64,000 nt of DNA from Eledone cirrhosa (taxonomy: Eukaryota). Within the stretch, counting starts at the first letter, position 1; the number at the start of each line of letters is the position of its first letter. The notes beneath the pieces are model-generated. The model made no database searches, was not told the origin of the DNA, and was given only the letters and a program-made list of their open reading frames with translations. Shown here piece by piece: positions 44,301-58,162 of the stretch. The stretch lies in contig OZ024760.1 of the NCBI GenBank assembly GCA_964016885.1, positions 30,814,001-30,878,000 of the forward strand, written 5' to 3'. A program made the position numbers and the translations under genes.

Positions 44301-47300
44301 TAATTTAATGTAATGTAATGTAATGTAATGTGTAATGTAATGTAATGTAATGTAATGTAAAGTAATGTGTAATGTATAATGTAACGTAATGTAATGTAAT
44401 GTAATGTAATGTGTAATGTAATGTAATGTAATTTAGTGTAATGTAATGTAATGTAATGTAATGTAATGTAATGTAATGTAATGTGTAATGTAATGTAATG
44501 TAATGTAATGTAATGTAATGTAAGTAATGTAAGTACTGTAATGTGTAATGTAATGTAATGTAATGTAATGTGTAATGTAATGTAATGTAATTTAATGTGT
44601 AATGTCATGTAATGTAATGTAACGTGTAATGTAATGTAAGGTAATGTAATGTAATGTAATGTAATGTAATGTAATGTAATGTAATCTAATGTAATGTAAT
44701 GTAATGTAATGTAATGTAATGTAATGTAATGTAATGTAATGTAATGTAATGTAATGTAATGTAATGTAATGGAATGTAATGTAATGTAATGTGTAATGTA
44801 ATGTAATGTAATGTAATGTAATGTAATGTGTAATGTAAGGTAATGTAATGTAATGTAATGTAATGTGTAATGTAATGTAATGTAATGTAATGTGTAATGT
44901 AATGTAATGTAATGTAATGTAATGTGTAATGTAATGTAATGTAATGTAATGTGTAATGTAACGTAACGTAATATAATGTAATGTGTAATTTAATGTAATG
45001 TAATGTAATGTAATGTAATGTGTAATGTAATGTAATGTAATGTAATGTGTAATGTGACATCTACTGTAATGTAATGTAACGTAATGTAATGTAATCTAAT
45101 GTAATGTAATGTAATGTAATGTAATGTGTAATGTAATGTAATGTAATGTAATGTAATGTAATGTAAGTATTGTAAGTAATGTAATGTGTAATGTAATGTA
45201 ATGTAATGTAATGTGTAATGTAATGTAATGTAATTTAATGTGTAATGTCATGTAATGTAATGTAACGTGTAATGTAATGTAAGGTAATGTAATGTAATGT
45301 AATGTAATGTAATGTAATGTAATGTAATGTAATGTAATGTAATGTAATGTAATGTAATGTAATGTAATGTAATGTGTAATGTAATGTAATGTAATATAAT
45401 GTAATGTGTAATGTAAGGTAATGTAATGTAATGTAATGTAATGTGTAATGTAATGTAATGTAATGTAATGTAATGTAATGTAATGTAATGTAATGTAATG
45501 TAATGTAATATAATGTAATGTAATGTGTAATGTAATGAATGTAATGTAATGTAATGTAATGTAATGTAATGTAATGTGTAATGTAATGTAATGTAATGTA
45601 ATGTGTAATGTAATTTAATGTAATGTAATGTAACGTAATGTAATGTAATGTAATGTGTAACGTAATGTGATGTTATGTAATGTGATGTAATGTAATGTGT
45701 AACGTAATGTAATGTGTAATGTAATGTAATGTAAAGTAATGTAATGTAAAGTAATGTAATGTAATGTAATGTAATGTAATGTAATGTAATGTAATGTGTA
45801 ATGTAACGTAATGTAATGTAATGTAATGTGTAATTTAATGTAATGTAATGTAACGTAATGTAATGTAATGTGTAATGTAATGTAATGTAATGTAATGTAA
45901 TGTAATGTAATGTAATGTAATGTTTAATGTAATGTAATGTGTAATGTAATGTAATGTAATGTAATGTAATGTGTAACGTAAGGTAATGTGTAATGTAATG
46001 TAATGTAATGTAATGTAATGTGTAATGCAATGTAATGTAATGTAATGTAATGTAATGTAATGTAATGTGTAATGTAATGTAACGTAATGTAACGTAATGT
46101 GTAATGTAATGTAATGTAACGTGTAATGTAATGTAATGTATAATGTAATGTAATGTAATGTAATGTAATGTAATGTAATGTAATGTAATTAATGTAATGT
46201 AATGTGTAATGTAATGTAATGTAATGTAATGTAATGTAATGTAATGTAATGTAATGTAATGTAATGTAATGTAATGTGTAATGTAATGTAATATGTAATG
46301 TAATGTAATGTGTAATTTAATGTAATGTAATGTAATGTAATGTGTAATGTAATGTAATGTAATGTAATGTAAAGTAATGTGTAATGTATAATGTAACGTA
46401 ATGTAATGTAATGTAATGTAATGTAATGTGTAATGTAATGTAATGTAATTTAGTGTAATGTAATGTAATGTAATGTAATGTAGTGTAATGTAATGTGTAA
46501 TGTAATGTAAGGTAATGTAATGTAATGTAATGTAATGTAATGTAATGTGTAATGTAATGTAAAGTAAAGTGTAATGTAATGTAATGTAATGTAATGTGTA
46601 ATGTAATGTAATGTGTAATGTAATGTAATGTAATGTAATGTAATGTAATGTAACATAATGTAATGTAATGTAATGTAATGTAATGTAATGTAATGTAATG
46701 TGTAATGTAATGTAATGTAATGTAATGTAATGTAATGTAATGTAATGTGTAATGTAATGTAATGTAATGTAATGTAATGTGTAATGTAACGTAACGTAAT
46801 ATAATGTAATGTGTAATTTAATGTAATGTAATGTAATGTAATGTAATGTGTAATGTAATGTAATGTAATGTAATGTGTAATGTGACATCTACTGTAATGT
46901 AATGTAACGTAATGTAATGTAATGTGTAATGTAATGTAATCTAATGTAATGTAATGTAATGTAATGTAATGTAATGTGTAATGTAATGTAATGTAATGTA
47001 ATGTAATGTAATGTAATGTAATGTAATGTAAGTATTGTAAGTAATGTAATGTGTAATGTAATGTAATGTAATGTAATGTGTAATGTAATGTAATGTAATT
47101 TAATGTGTAATGTCATGTAATGTAATGTAACGTGTAATGTAATGTGTAATGTAAGGTAATGTAATGTAATGTAATGTAATGTAATGTAATGTAATGTGTA
47201 ATGTAATGTAATGTAATATAATGTAATGTGTAATGTAAGGTAATGTAATGTAATGTAATGTAATGTAATATAATGTAATGTAATGTGTAATGTAATGAAT

Positions 47301-50300
47301 GTAATGTAATGTAATGTAATGTAATGTAATGTAATGTAATGTGTGATGTAATGTAATGTAATGTAATGTGTAATGTAATGTAATGTAATGTAATGTAACG
47401 TAATGTAATGTAATGTGTAACGTAATGTAATGTAATGTAATGTGATGTAATGTAATGTGTAACGTAATGTAATGTGTAATGTAATGTAATGTAAAGTAAT
47501 GTAATGTAAAGTAATGTAATGTAATGTAATGTAATGTAATGTAATCTAATGTAATGTAATGTAATGTAATGTGTAATGTAACGTAATGTAATGTAATGTA
47601 ATGTGTAATTTAATGTAATGTAATGTAATGTAATGTGTAATGTAATGTAATGTAATGTAATGTAATGTGTAATTTGTAATGTAATGTAATGTAATGTAAT
47701 GTAATGTAATGTGTAATGTAATGTAATGTAATGTAATGTAGTGTAATGCAATGTAATGTAATGTAATGTAATGTGTAATGTAATGTAATGTAATGTAATG
47801 TAATGTAATGTAATGTAATGTAATGTATAATGTAATGTAATGTAATGTAATGTGTAATGCAATGTAATGTAATGTAATGTAATGTAATATAATGTAATAT
47901 AATGTGTAATGTAATGTAATGTAATGTAATGTAATGTGTAATGTAATGTAATGTGTAATGTAATGTAATGTAATGTAATGTAATGTGTAATGTAATGTAA
48001 TGTAATGTGTAATGTAATGTAATGTAACGTAATGTAATGTAATGTGTAATGTAATGTAATGTAATGTAATGTAATGTAATGTAATGTAATGTTTAATGTA
48101 ATGTAATGTGTAATGTAATGTAATGTAATGTAATGTAATGTGTAACGTAAGGTAATGTGTAATGTAATGTAATGTAATGTAATGTAATGTAATGTGTAAT
48201 GCAATATAATGTAATGTAATGTAATGTAATGTAATGTAATGTGTAATGTAATGTAATGTAATGTAACGTAATGTGTAATGTAATGTAATGTAACGTGTAA
48301 TGTAATGTAATGTATAATGTAATGTAATGTAATGTAATGTAATGTAATGTAATTAATGTAATGTAATGTGTAATGTAATGTAATGTAATGTAATGTATTG
48401 TAATGTAATGTGTAATGTAATGTAATATGTAATGTAATGTAATGTGTAATTTAATGTAATGTAATGTAATGTAATGTGTAATGTAATGTAATGTAATGTA
48501 ATGTAAAGTAATGTGTAATGTATAATGTAACGTAATGTAATGTAATGTAATGTAATGTAATGTGTAATGTAATGTAATGTAATTTAGTGTAATGTAATGT
48601 AATGTAATGTAATGTAATGTAATGTAATGTGTAATGTAATGTAATGTAATGTAATGTAATGTAATGTAAGTAATGTAAGTAATGTAATGTGTAATGTAAT
48701 GTAATGTAATGTAATGTGTAATGTAATGTAATGTAATTTAATGTGTAATGTCATGTAATGTAATGTAACGTGTAATGTAATGTAAGGTAATGTAATGTAA
48801 TGTAATGTAATGTAATGTAATGTAATGTAATGTAATGTAATGTAATGTAATGTAATGTAATGTAATGTAATGTGTAATGTAATGTAATGTAATGTAATGT
48901 AATGTAATGTGTAATGTAAGGTAATGTAATGTAGTGTAATGTAATGTGTAATGTAATGTAATGTAATGTAATGTGTAATGCAATGCAATGTAATGTAATG
49001 TAATGTAATGTAATGTAATGTAATGTAATGTAATGTAATGTAATATAATGTAATGTAATGTGTAATGTAATGAATGTAATGTAATGTAATGTAATGTAAT
49101 GTGTAATGTAATGTAATGTGTAATGTAATGTAATGTAATGTAATGTAATGTAATGTAATGTAATGTGTAATGTAGTGTAATGTAATGTAATGTGTAATGT
49201 AATGTAATGTAATTTAATGTGTAATGTCATGTAATGTAATGTAACGTGTAATGTAATGTAAGGTAATGTAATGTAATGTAATGTAATGTAATGTAATGTA
49301 ATGTAATGTAATGTAATGTAATGTAATGTAATGTAATGTAATGTAATGTAATGTAATGTGTAATGTAATGTAATGTAATGTAATGTAATGTAATGTGTAA
49401 TGTAATGTAATGTAATTTAGTTTAATGTAATGTAATGTAATGTAATGTAATGTAATGTAATGTGTAATGTAATGTAATGTAATGTAATGTAATGTAATGT
49501 AAGTAATGTAAGTAATGTAATGTGTAATGTAATGTAATGTAATGTAATGTGTAATGTAATGTAATGTAATTTAATGTGTAATGTCATGTAATGTAATGTA
49601 ACGTGTAATGTAATGTAAGGTAATGTAATGTAATGTAATGTAATGTAATGTAATGTAATGTAATGTAATGTAATGTAATGTAATGTAATGTAATGTAATG
49701 TAATGTAATGTAATGTGTAATGTAATGTAATGTAATGTAATGTAATGTAATGTGTAATGTAAGGTAATGTAATGTAGTGTAATGTAATGTGTAATGTAAT
49801 GTAATGTAATGTAATGTGTAATGCAATGCAATGTAATGTAATGTAACGTAATGTAATGTAATGTGTAACGTAATGTAATGTAATGTAATGTAATGTAATG
49901 TAATGTATAATGTAATGTAATGTAATGTAATGTGTAATGCAATGTAATGTAATGTAATGTAATGTAATATAATGTAATGTAATGTGTAATGTAATGTAAT
50001 GTAATGTAATGTAATGTAATGTAATGTAATGTAATGTGTAATGTAATGTAATGTGTAATGTAATGTAATGTAATGTGATGTAATGTAATGTGTAATGTAA
50101 TGTAATGTAATGTGTAATGTAATGTAATGTAATGTAACGTAATGTAATGTAATGTGTAATGTAATGTAATGTAATGTAATGTAATGTTTAATGTAATGTG
50201 TAATGTAATGTAATGTAATGTAATGTAATGTAATGTAATGTAATGTAATGTGTAACGTAATGTAATGTGTAATGTAATGTAATGTAATGTAATGTAATGT

Positions 50301-53300
50301 GTAATGCAATGTAATGTAATGTAATGTAATGTAATGTAATGTAATGTAATGTAATGTATAATGTAATGTAATGTAATGTAATGTAATGTAATTAATGTAA
50401 TGTAATGTGTAATGTAATGTAATTTAATGTAATGTAATGTAATGTAATGTGTAATGTGTAATGTAATGTAATGTAATGTAATGTAATGTGTAATGTAATG
50501 TAATGTAATGTAATGTAATGTAATGTAATGTAATGTGTAATGTAATGTAATGTAATGTAATGTAATGTAATGTAATGTAATGTGTAATGTAACGTAATGT
50601 AATGTAATGTAATGTGTAATTTAATGTAATGTAATGTAATGTAATGCATAATGTAATGTAATGTAATGTAATGTAATGTAAAGTAATGTGTAATGTATAA
50701 TGTAACGTAATGTAATGTAATGTAATGTAATGTAATGTGTAATGTAATGTAATGTAATTTAGTGTAATGTAATGTAATGTAATGTAATGTAGTGTAATGT
50801 AATGTGTAATGTAATGTAAGGTAATGTAATGTAATGTAATGTAATGTAATGTAATGTAATGTGTAATGTAATGTAAAGTAAAGTGTAATGTAATGTAATG
50901 TAATGTAATGTGTAATGTAATGTAATGTGTAATGTAATGTAATGTAATGTAATGTAATGTAATGTAACGTAATGTAATGTAATATAATGTAATGTAATGT
51001 AATGTAATTTAATGTGTAATGTAATGTAATGTAATGTAATGTAATGTAATGTAATGTAATGTGTAATGTAATGTAATGTAATGTAATGTAATGTGTAATG
51101 TAACGTAACGTAATATAATGTAATGTGTAATTTAATGTAATGTAATGTAATGTAATGTAATGTGTAATGTAATGTAATGTAATGTAATGTGTAATGTGAC
51201 ATCTACTGTAATGTAATGTAACGTAATGTAATGTAATGTGTAATGTAATGTAATCTAATGTAATGTAATGTAATGTAATGTAATGTAATGTAATGTGTAA
51301 TGTAATGTAATGTAATGTAATGTAATGTAATGTAATGTAATGTAATGTAATGTAATGTAAGTATTTTAAGTAATGTAATGTGTAATGTAATGTAATGTAA
51401 TGTAATGTGTAATGTAATGTAATGTAATTTAATGTGTAATGTCATGTAATGTAATGTAACGTGTAATGTAATGTGTAATGTAATGTAACGTAATGTAATG
51501 TAATGTAATGTAATGTAATGTAATGTAATGTAATGTAATGTGTAATGTAATGTAATGTAATATAATGTAATGTGTAATGTAAGATAATGTAATGTAATGT
51601 AATGTAATGTGTAATGTAATGTAATGTAATGTAATGTAATGTAATGTGTAATGCAATGCAATGTAATGTAATGTAATGTAATGTAATGTAATGTAATGTA
51701 ATGTAATGTAATGTAATATAATGTAATGTAATGTGTAATGTAATGAATGTAATGTAATGTAATGTAATGTAATGTGTAATGTAATGTAATGCAATGTAAT
51801 GTGTAATGTAATGTAATGTAATGTAATGTAACGTAATGTAATGTAATGTAATGTGTAACGTAATGTAATGTGATGTAATGTAATGTGTAACGTAATGTAA
51901 TGTGTAATGTAATGTAATGTAAAGTAATGTAATGTAATGTAATGTAATGTAATGTAATGTAATGTAATGTAATGTAATGTAATGTAATGTAATGTAATGT
52001 AATGTAATGTAATGTAATGTAATGTAATGTAATGTATTGTAATGTAATGTAATGTAATGTGTAATGTAATGTAATGTAATGTGTAATGTAATGTAATGTA
52101 TAATGTAATGTAATGTAATGTAATGTAATGTAATGTAATTAATGTAATGTAATGTAATGTAATGTAATGTAATGTAATGTAATGTAATGTAATGTAATGT
52201 AATGTGTAATGTGTAATGTAATGTAACGTAATGTAACGTAATGTAATGTAATGTAATGTAATGTAATGTAATGTGTAATGTAATGTAATGTAATGTAATG
52301 TAATGTAATGTGTAATGTAATGTAATGTGTAATGTAATGTAATGTAATGTAATGTGATGTAATGTAATGTAATGTAATGTAATGTAATGTAATGTAATGT
52401 AATGTAATGTAATGTAATGTAATGTAATGTAATGTAATGTAATGTAATGTAATGTGTAATGTAATGTAATGTAATGTAATGTAATGTAATGTAATGTGTA
52501 ATGTAATGTAATGTAATGTAATGTAATGTAATGTAATGTAATGTCTAATGTAATGTAATGTAATGTAATGTAATGTAATGTAATGTAATGTAATGTAATG
52601 TGTAATGTAACGTAATGTAATGTAATGTAACGTGTAATTTAATGTAATGTAAAGTAATGTGTAATGTATAATGTAACGTAATGTAATGTAATGTAATGTA
52701 ATGTAATGTGAATGTAATGTAATGTAATTTAGTGTAATGTAATGTAATGTAATGTAATGTGTAATGTAATGTAATGTAATGTAATGTAGTGTAATGTAAT
52801 GTGTAATGTAATGTAAGGTAATGTAATGTAATGTAATGTAATGTAATGTATTGTAATGTAATGTAATGTGTAATGTAATGTAAAGTAAAGTGTAATGTAA
52901 TGTAATGTAATGTAATGTGTAATGTAATGTAATGTGTAATGTAATGTAATGTAATGTAATGTAATGTAATGTAACGTAATGTAATGTAATGTAACGTAAT
53001 GTAATGTAATGTAATGTAATGTGTAATGTAATGTAATGTAATGTAATGTAATGTAATGTAATGTGTAATGTAATGTAATGTAATGTAATGTAATGTAATG
53101 TAATGTGTAATGTAACGTTAGGTAATGTAATGTAATGTGTAATTTAATGTAATGTAATGTAATGTAATGTAATGTGTAATGTAATGTAATGTAATGTAAT
53201 GTGTAATGTGACATGTACTGTAATGTAATGTAACGTAATGTAATGTAATGTGTAATGTAATGTAATCTAATGTAATGTAATGTAATGTAATGTAATGTGT

Positions 53301-55300
53301 AATGTAATGTAATGTAATGTAATGTAATGTAAGTAATGTAAGTAATGTAATGTGTAATGTAATGTAATGTAATGTAATGTGTAATGTCATGTAATGTAAT
53401 GTAACGTGTAATGTAATGTGTAATGTAATGTAATGTAATGTAATGTAATGTAATGTAATGTAATGTGTAATGTAATGTAATGTAATGTAATGTAATGTGT
53501 AATGTAAGGTAATGTAATGTAATGTAATGTAATGTGTAATGTAACGTAATGTAACGTAATGTAATGTAATGGAATGTGTAATGCAATGCAATGTAATGTA
53601 ATGTAATGTAATGTAATGTAGTGTAATGTAATGTAATGTAATGTAATATAATGTAATGTAATGTGTAATGTAATGAATGTAATGTAATGTAATGTAATGT
53701 AATGTGTAATGTAATGTAATGTGTAATGTAATGTAATGTAATGTAATGTAATGTAATGTAGTGTAATGTAATGTAATGTGTAATGTAATGTAATGTAATG
53801 TAATGTGTAATGTAATGTAATGTAATGTAATGTAACGTAATGTAATGTAATGTGTAACGTAATGTAATGTAATGTAATGTAATGTAATGTAATGTAATGT
53901 ATAATGTAATGTAATGTAATGTAATGTGTAATGCAATGTAATGTAATGTAATGTAATGTGTAATGTAATGTAATGTAATGTAATGTAATGTAATGTAATG
54001 TAATGTAATGTGTAATGTAATGTAATGTAATGTGTAATGTAATGTAATGTAATGTAACGTAATGTAATGTAATGTGTAATGTAATGTAATGTAATGTAAT
54101 GTAATGTAATGTAATGTTTAATGTAATGTAATGTGTAATGTAATGTAATGTAATGTAATGTAATGTAATGTAATGTGTAACGTAATGTAATGTGTAATGT
54201 AATGTAATGTAATGTAATGTGTAATGCAATGTAATGTAATGTAATGTAATGTAATGTAATGTAATGTAACGTGTAATGTAATGTAATGTAATGTAACGTA
54301 ATGTGTAATGTAATGTAATGTGTAATGTAATGTAATGTATAATGTAATGTAATGTAATGTAATGTAATGTAATTAATGTAATGTAATGTGTAATGTAATG
54401 TAATGTAATGTAATGTAATATAATGTAATGTAATGTAATGTGTAATGTGTAATGTGTAATGTAATGTAATGTAATGTAATGTAATGTAATGTAATGTAAT
54501 GTAATGTAATGTAATGTAATGTAATGTAATGTAATGTAATGTGTAATGTAATGTAATGTAATGTAATGTAATGTCTAATGTAATGTAATGTAATGTAATG
54601 TAATGTAATGTAATGTAATGTAATGTAATGTAATGTAATGTAATGTAATGTAATGTAATGTAATGTAATGTAATGTAATGTAATGTAATGTGTAATGTAA
54701 CGTAATGTAATGTAATGTAATTTAGTGTAATGTAATGTAATGTAATGTGTAATGTAATGTAATGTAATGTAATGTAGTGTAATGTAATGTGTAATATAAT
54801 GTAAGGTAATGTAATGTAATGTAATGTAATGTAATGTAATGTGTAATGTAATGTAAAGTAAAGTGTAATGTAATGTAATGTAATGTAATGTGTAATGTAA
54901 TGTAATGTGTAATGTAATGTAATGTAATGTAATGTAATGTAATGTAATGTAATGTAATGTAATGTAACGTAATGTAATGTAATGTAATGTAATGTAATGT
55001 AATGTAATGTAATGTGTAATGTAATGTAATGTAATGTAATGTAATGTAATGTGTAATGTAATGTAATGTAATGTAATGTGTAATGTAACGTAACGTAATG
55101 TAATGTAATGTGTAATTTAATATAATGTAATGTAATGTAATGTAATGTGTAATGTAATGTAATGTAATGTAATGTAATGTAATGTAAGTAATGTAAGTAA
55201 TGTAATGTGTAATGTAATGTAATGTAATGTAATGTGTAATGTAATGTAATGTAATTTAATGTGTAATGTCATGTAATGTAATGTAACGTGTAATGTAATG
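11400..55300. repeat. Satellite domain C: kilobase-scale higher-order repeat marked by GTGACATCTACTG (boundaries approximate)
   Basis: Marker at 14823 (variant GTGAAATCTACTG), 17430, 20611, 22751, 28296, 32484, 34279, 36550, 38340, 41304, 45054, 46882, 51196 and 53208 (variant GTGACATGTACTG). It usually sits in the ordered context AAAGTAAAGTG ... AACGTAACGTAATATA ... marker ... AAGTATTGTAAG ... GTCATG. Confidence 0.85.
20081..20165 (-). mobile_element. 5'-truncated SINE fragment (3'-terminal 85 bp of the 185-bp element)
   Basis: TTGTTTCTATTTTAGGCACAAGGCC...GGATGAAAGGCA matches the first 85 plus-strand bases of the copy at 63536 with one substitution. It lacks the A and B boxes. Confidence 0.88.
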
Positions 55301-57977
55301 TGTAATGTAAGGTAATGTAATGTAATGTAATGTAATGTAATGTAATGTAAAGTGTAATGTAATGTAATGTAATGTAATGTAATGTAATGTAATGTGTAAT
55401 GCAATTCAATGTAATGTAATGTAATGTAATGTAATGTAATGTAATATAATGTAATGTAATGTGTAATGTAATGAATGTAATGTAATGTAATGTAATGTAA
55501 TGTGTAATGTAATGTAATGTAATGTAATGTAATGTGTAATGTAATGTAATGTAATGTAACGTAATGTAATGTAATGTGTAACGTAATGTAATGTAATGTA
55601 ATGTGATGTAATGTAATGTGTAACGTAATGTAATGTGTAATGTAATGTAATGTAAAGTAATGTAATGTAATGTAATGTAATGTAATGTAATGTAATGTAA
55701 TGTAATGTAATGTGTAATGTAATGTAATGTGTAATGTAATGTAATGTATAATGTAATGTAATGTAATGTAATTAATGTAATGTAATGTGTAATGTAATGT
55801 AATGTAATGTAATGTAATGTAATGTAATGTAATGTAATGTGTAATGTGTAATGTAATGTAACGTAATGTAATGTAATGTAATGTAATGTAATGTAATGTA
55901 ATGTGTAATGTAATGTAATGTAATGTAATGTAATGTAATGTGTAATGTAATGTAATGTGTAATGTAATGTAATGTAATGTAATGTAATGTAATGTAATGT
56001 GTAATGTAATGTAATGTAATGTAATGTAATGTAATGTAATGTCTAATGTAATGTAATGTAATGTAATGTGTAATGTAATGTAATGTAATGTAATGTAATG
56101 TCTAATGTAATGTAATGTAATGTAATGTGTAATGTAATGTAATGTAATGTAATGTAATGTAATGTAATGTGTAATGTAATGTAATGTAATGTAATGTAAT
56201 GTAATGTAATGTAAAGTAATGTAATGTAATGTAATGTAATGTAATGTAATGTAATGTAATGTAATGTAATGTGTAATGTAACGTAATGTAATGTAATGTA
56301 ATGTGTAATTTAATGTAATGTAATGTAATGTAATGTGTAATGTAATGTAATGTAATGTAATGTAATGTAATGTGTAATGTAATGTAATGTAATGTAATGT
56401 AATGTAGTGTAATGCAATGAAATGTAATGTAATATAATGTGTAATGTAATGTAATGTAATGTAATCTAATGTGTAATGTAATGTAATGTAATGTAATGTA
56501 ATGTAATTTAATAATTAATGTAATGTAATGTAAAGTGTAATGTAATGTTATGTAATGTAATGTAATGTAACGTAATGTAATGTAATGTAATGTAATGTGT
56601 AATGTAATGTAATGTAATGTAATGTAATGTAATGTAATGTAATGTAATGTAATGTAACGTAATGTAATGTAATGTAATGTAATGTGTAATGTAATGTAAT
56701 GTAATGTAATGTAATGTAATGTAATGTGTAATGTAATGTAATGTAATGTGTAATGTAACGTAACGTAATGTAATGTAATGTGTATTTAATGTAATGTAAT
56801 GTAATGTAATGTAATGTTTAACGTAATGTAATGTAATGTAATGTGTAATGTGTCATGTAATGTAATGTAATGTAATGTAATGTAATGTGTAATGTAATGT
56901 AATGTAATCTAATGTAATGTAATGTAATGTAACATGTAATGTAATGTAATGTAATGTAATGTAATGTGTAATGTAATGTAATGTAATGTGTAATGTAACG
57001 TAATGTAATGTAATGTGTAATGTCATATAATGTAATGTGTAATGTAAGGTAATGTGATGTAATGTTATGTAATGTGTAATGTAATTTAATGTAATGTAAT
57101 GTAATGTGTAATGTAAGGTAATGTAATGTAATGTAATGTTTATGTGTAATGTAATGTAACGCAATGTAATGTAATGTAATGTAATGTAATGTGGAATGTA
57201 ATGTAATGTAATGTAGTGTAATGTGTAATGTAATGTAATGTGTAATGTAATGTAATGTTACGTGTAATGTAATGTAATGTAATGTAATGTGTAAAGTAAT
57301 GTGTAATGTAATGTAATGTAATGTAATGTGTAATGTAATGTAATGTAATGTAATGTAATATAATGTAATGTAATGTGTAATGTAATGTAATGTAAAGTGT
57401 AATGTAATGTAATGTAATGTAATGTAATGTAATGTGTAATGTAATGTGTAATGTAATGTAATGTAATGTGTAACGTAATGTAATGTAATGTAATGTAAGG
57501 TAATGTAATGTAATGTGTAATGTAATGTAATGTAATGTAATGTAATATAATGTGTAATGTAATGTAATGTAATGTACTGAAATGTGTAATGTAATGTAAT
57601 GTAATGTAATGTAATGTAATGTAATGTAATGTAATGTAATGTAATGTGTAATGTAATGTAATGTAATGTAATGTGTAATGTAATGTAATGTAATGTAATG
57701 TGTAATGTAATGTAATGTAATGTAATGTAATGTGTAATGTAATGTAATGTGTAATGTAAGGTAATGTAATGTGTAATGTAATGTAATGTAATGTAATGTA
57801 TGTGTAATGTAATGTGTAATGTAATGTAATGTAATCTAATGTAATGTAATGTGTAATGTAATGTAATGTAATGTAATGTAATGTAATGTGTAATGTAATG
57901 TGTAATGTAATGTAAAGTAATGTAATGTAATGTAATGTGTAATGTAATGTAATGTAATGTAATGTAATGTAATATAA

Positions 57978-58162
57978 TTGTTTCTACTTTAGGCACAAGG
58001 CCAGCAATTACCCATTGCATTACTGGTACTTTATTTTATCGACCCCGTAAGGATGAAAGGCAAAGTCAACTTCGGCGGGATTTGAACTCAGATCGTAAAT
58101 GGACGTAACTATGCTGGAAAGCATGACGTCCGACCCTCTACCGATACTGCCAATCCACCACC
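57978..58162 (-). mobile_element. Full-length 185-bp tRNA-type SINE, copy 1 (resembles octopus SINE families from memory; unverified)
   Basis: Minus strand reads GGTGGTGGATTGGCAGTATCGG...GAGTTCAAATCCCGCCGAAGTTGACTTTGCCTTTCATCCTTACGGGGTCGATAAAATAAAGTACCAG...GGCCTTGTGCCTAAAGTAGAAACAA. It has a G-rich start, A box, B box and a non-tRNA body, and is flanked by the direct repeat GTAATATAA (57969-57977 and 58163-58171). Confidence 0.9.
58078..58152 (-). promoter_or_regulatory. Internal RNA polymerase III type-2 promoter (A box 58141-58152, B box 58078-58089)
   Basis: A-box-like TGGCAGTATCGG begins 10 nt after the element 5' end. B box GAGTTCAAATCC matches GTTCRANNC. The boxes are 51 nt apart. Confidence 0.75.

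Noticed and set aside
590-53220. CRISPR-like array suggested by recurring markers (ACATCACATA, GTGACATCTACTG)
   Set aside because: There are no unique spacers, no regular period and no cas genes. The markers are degenerate satellite units.
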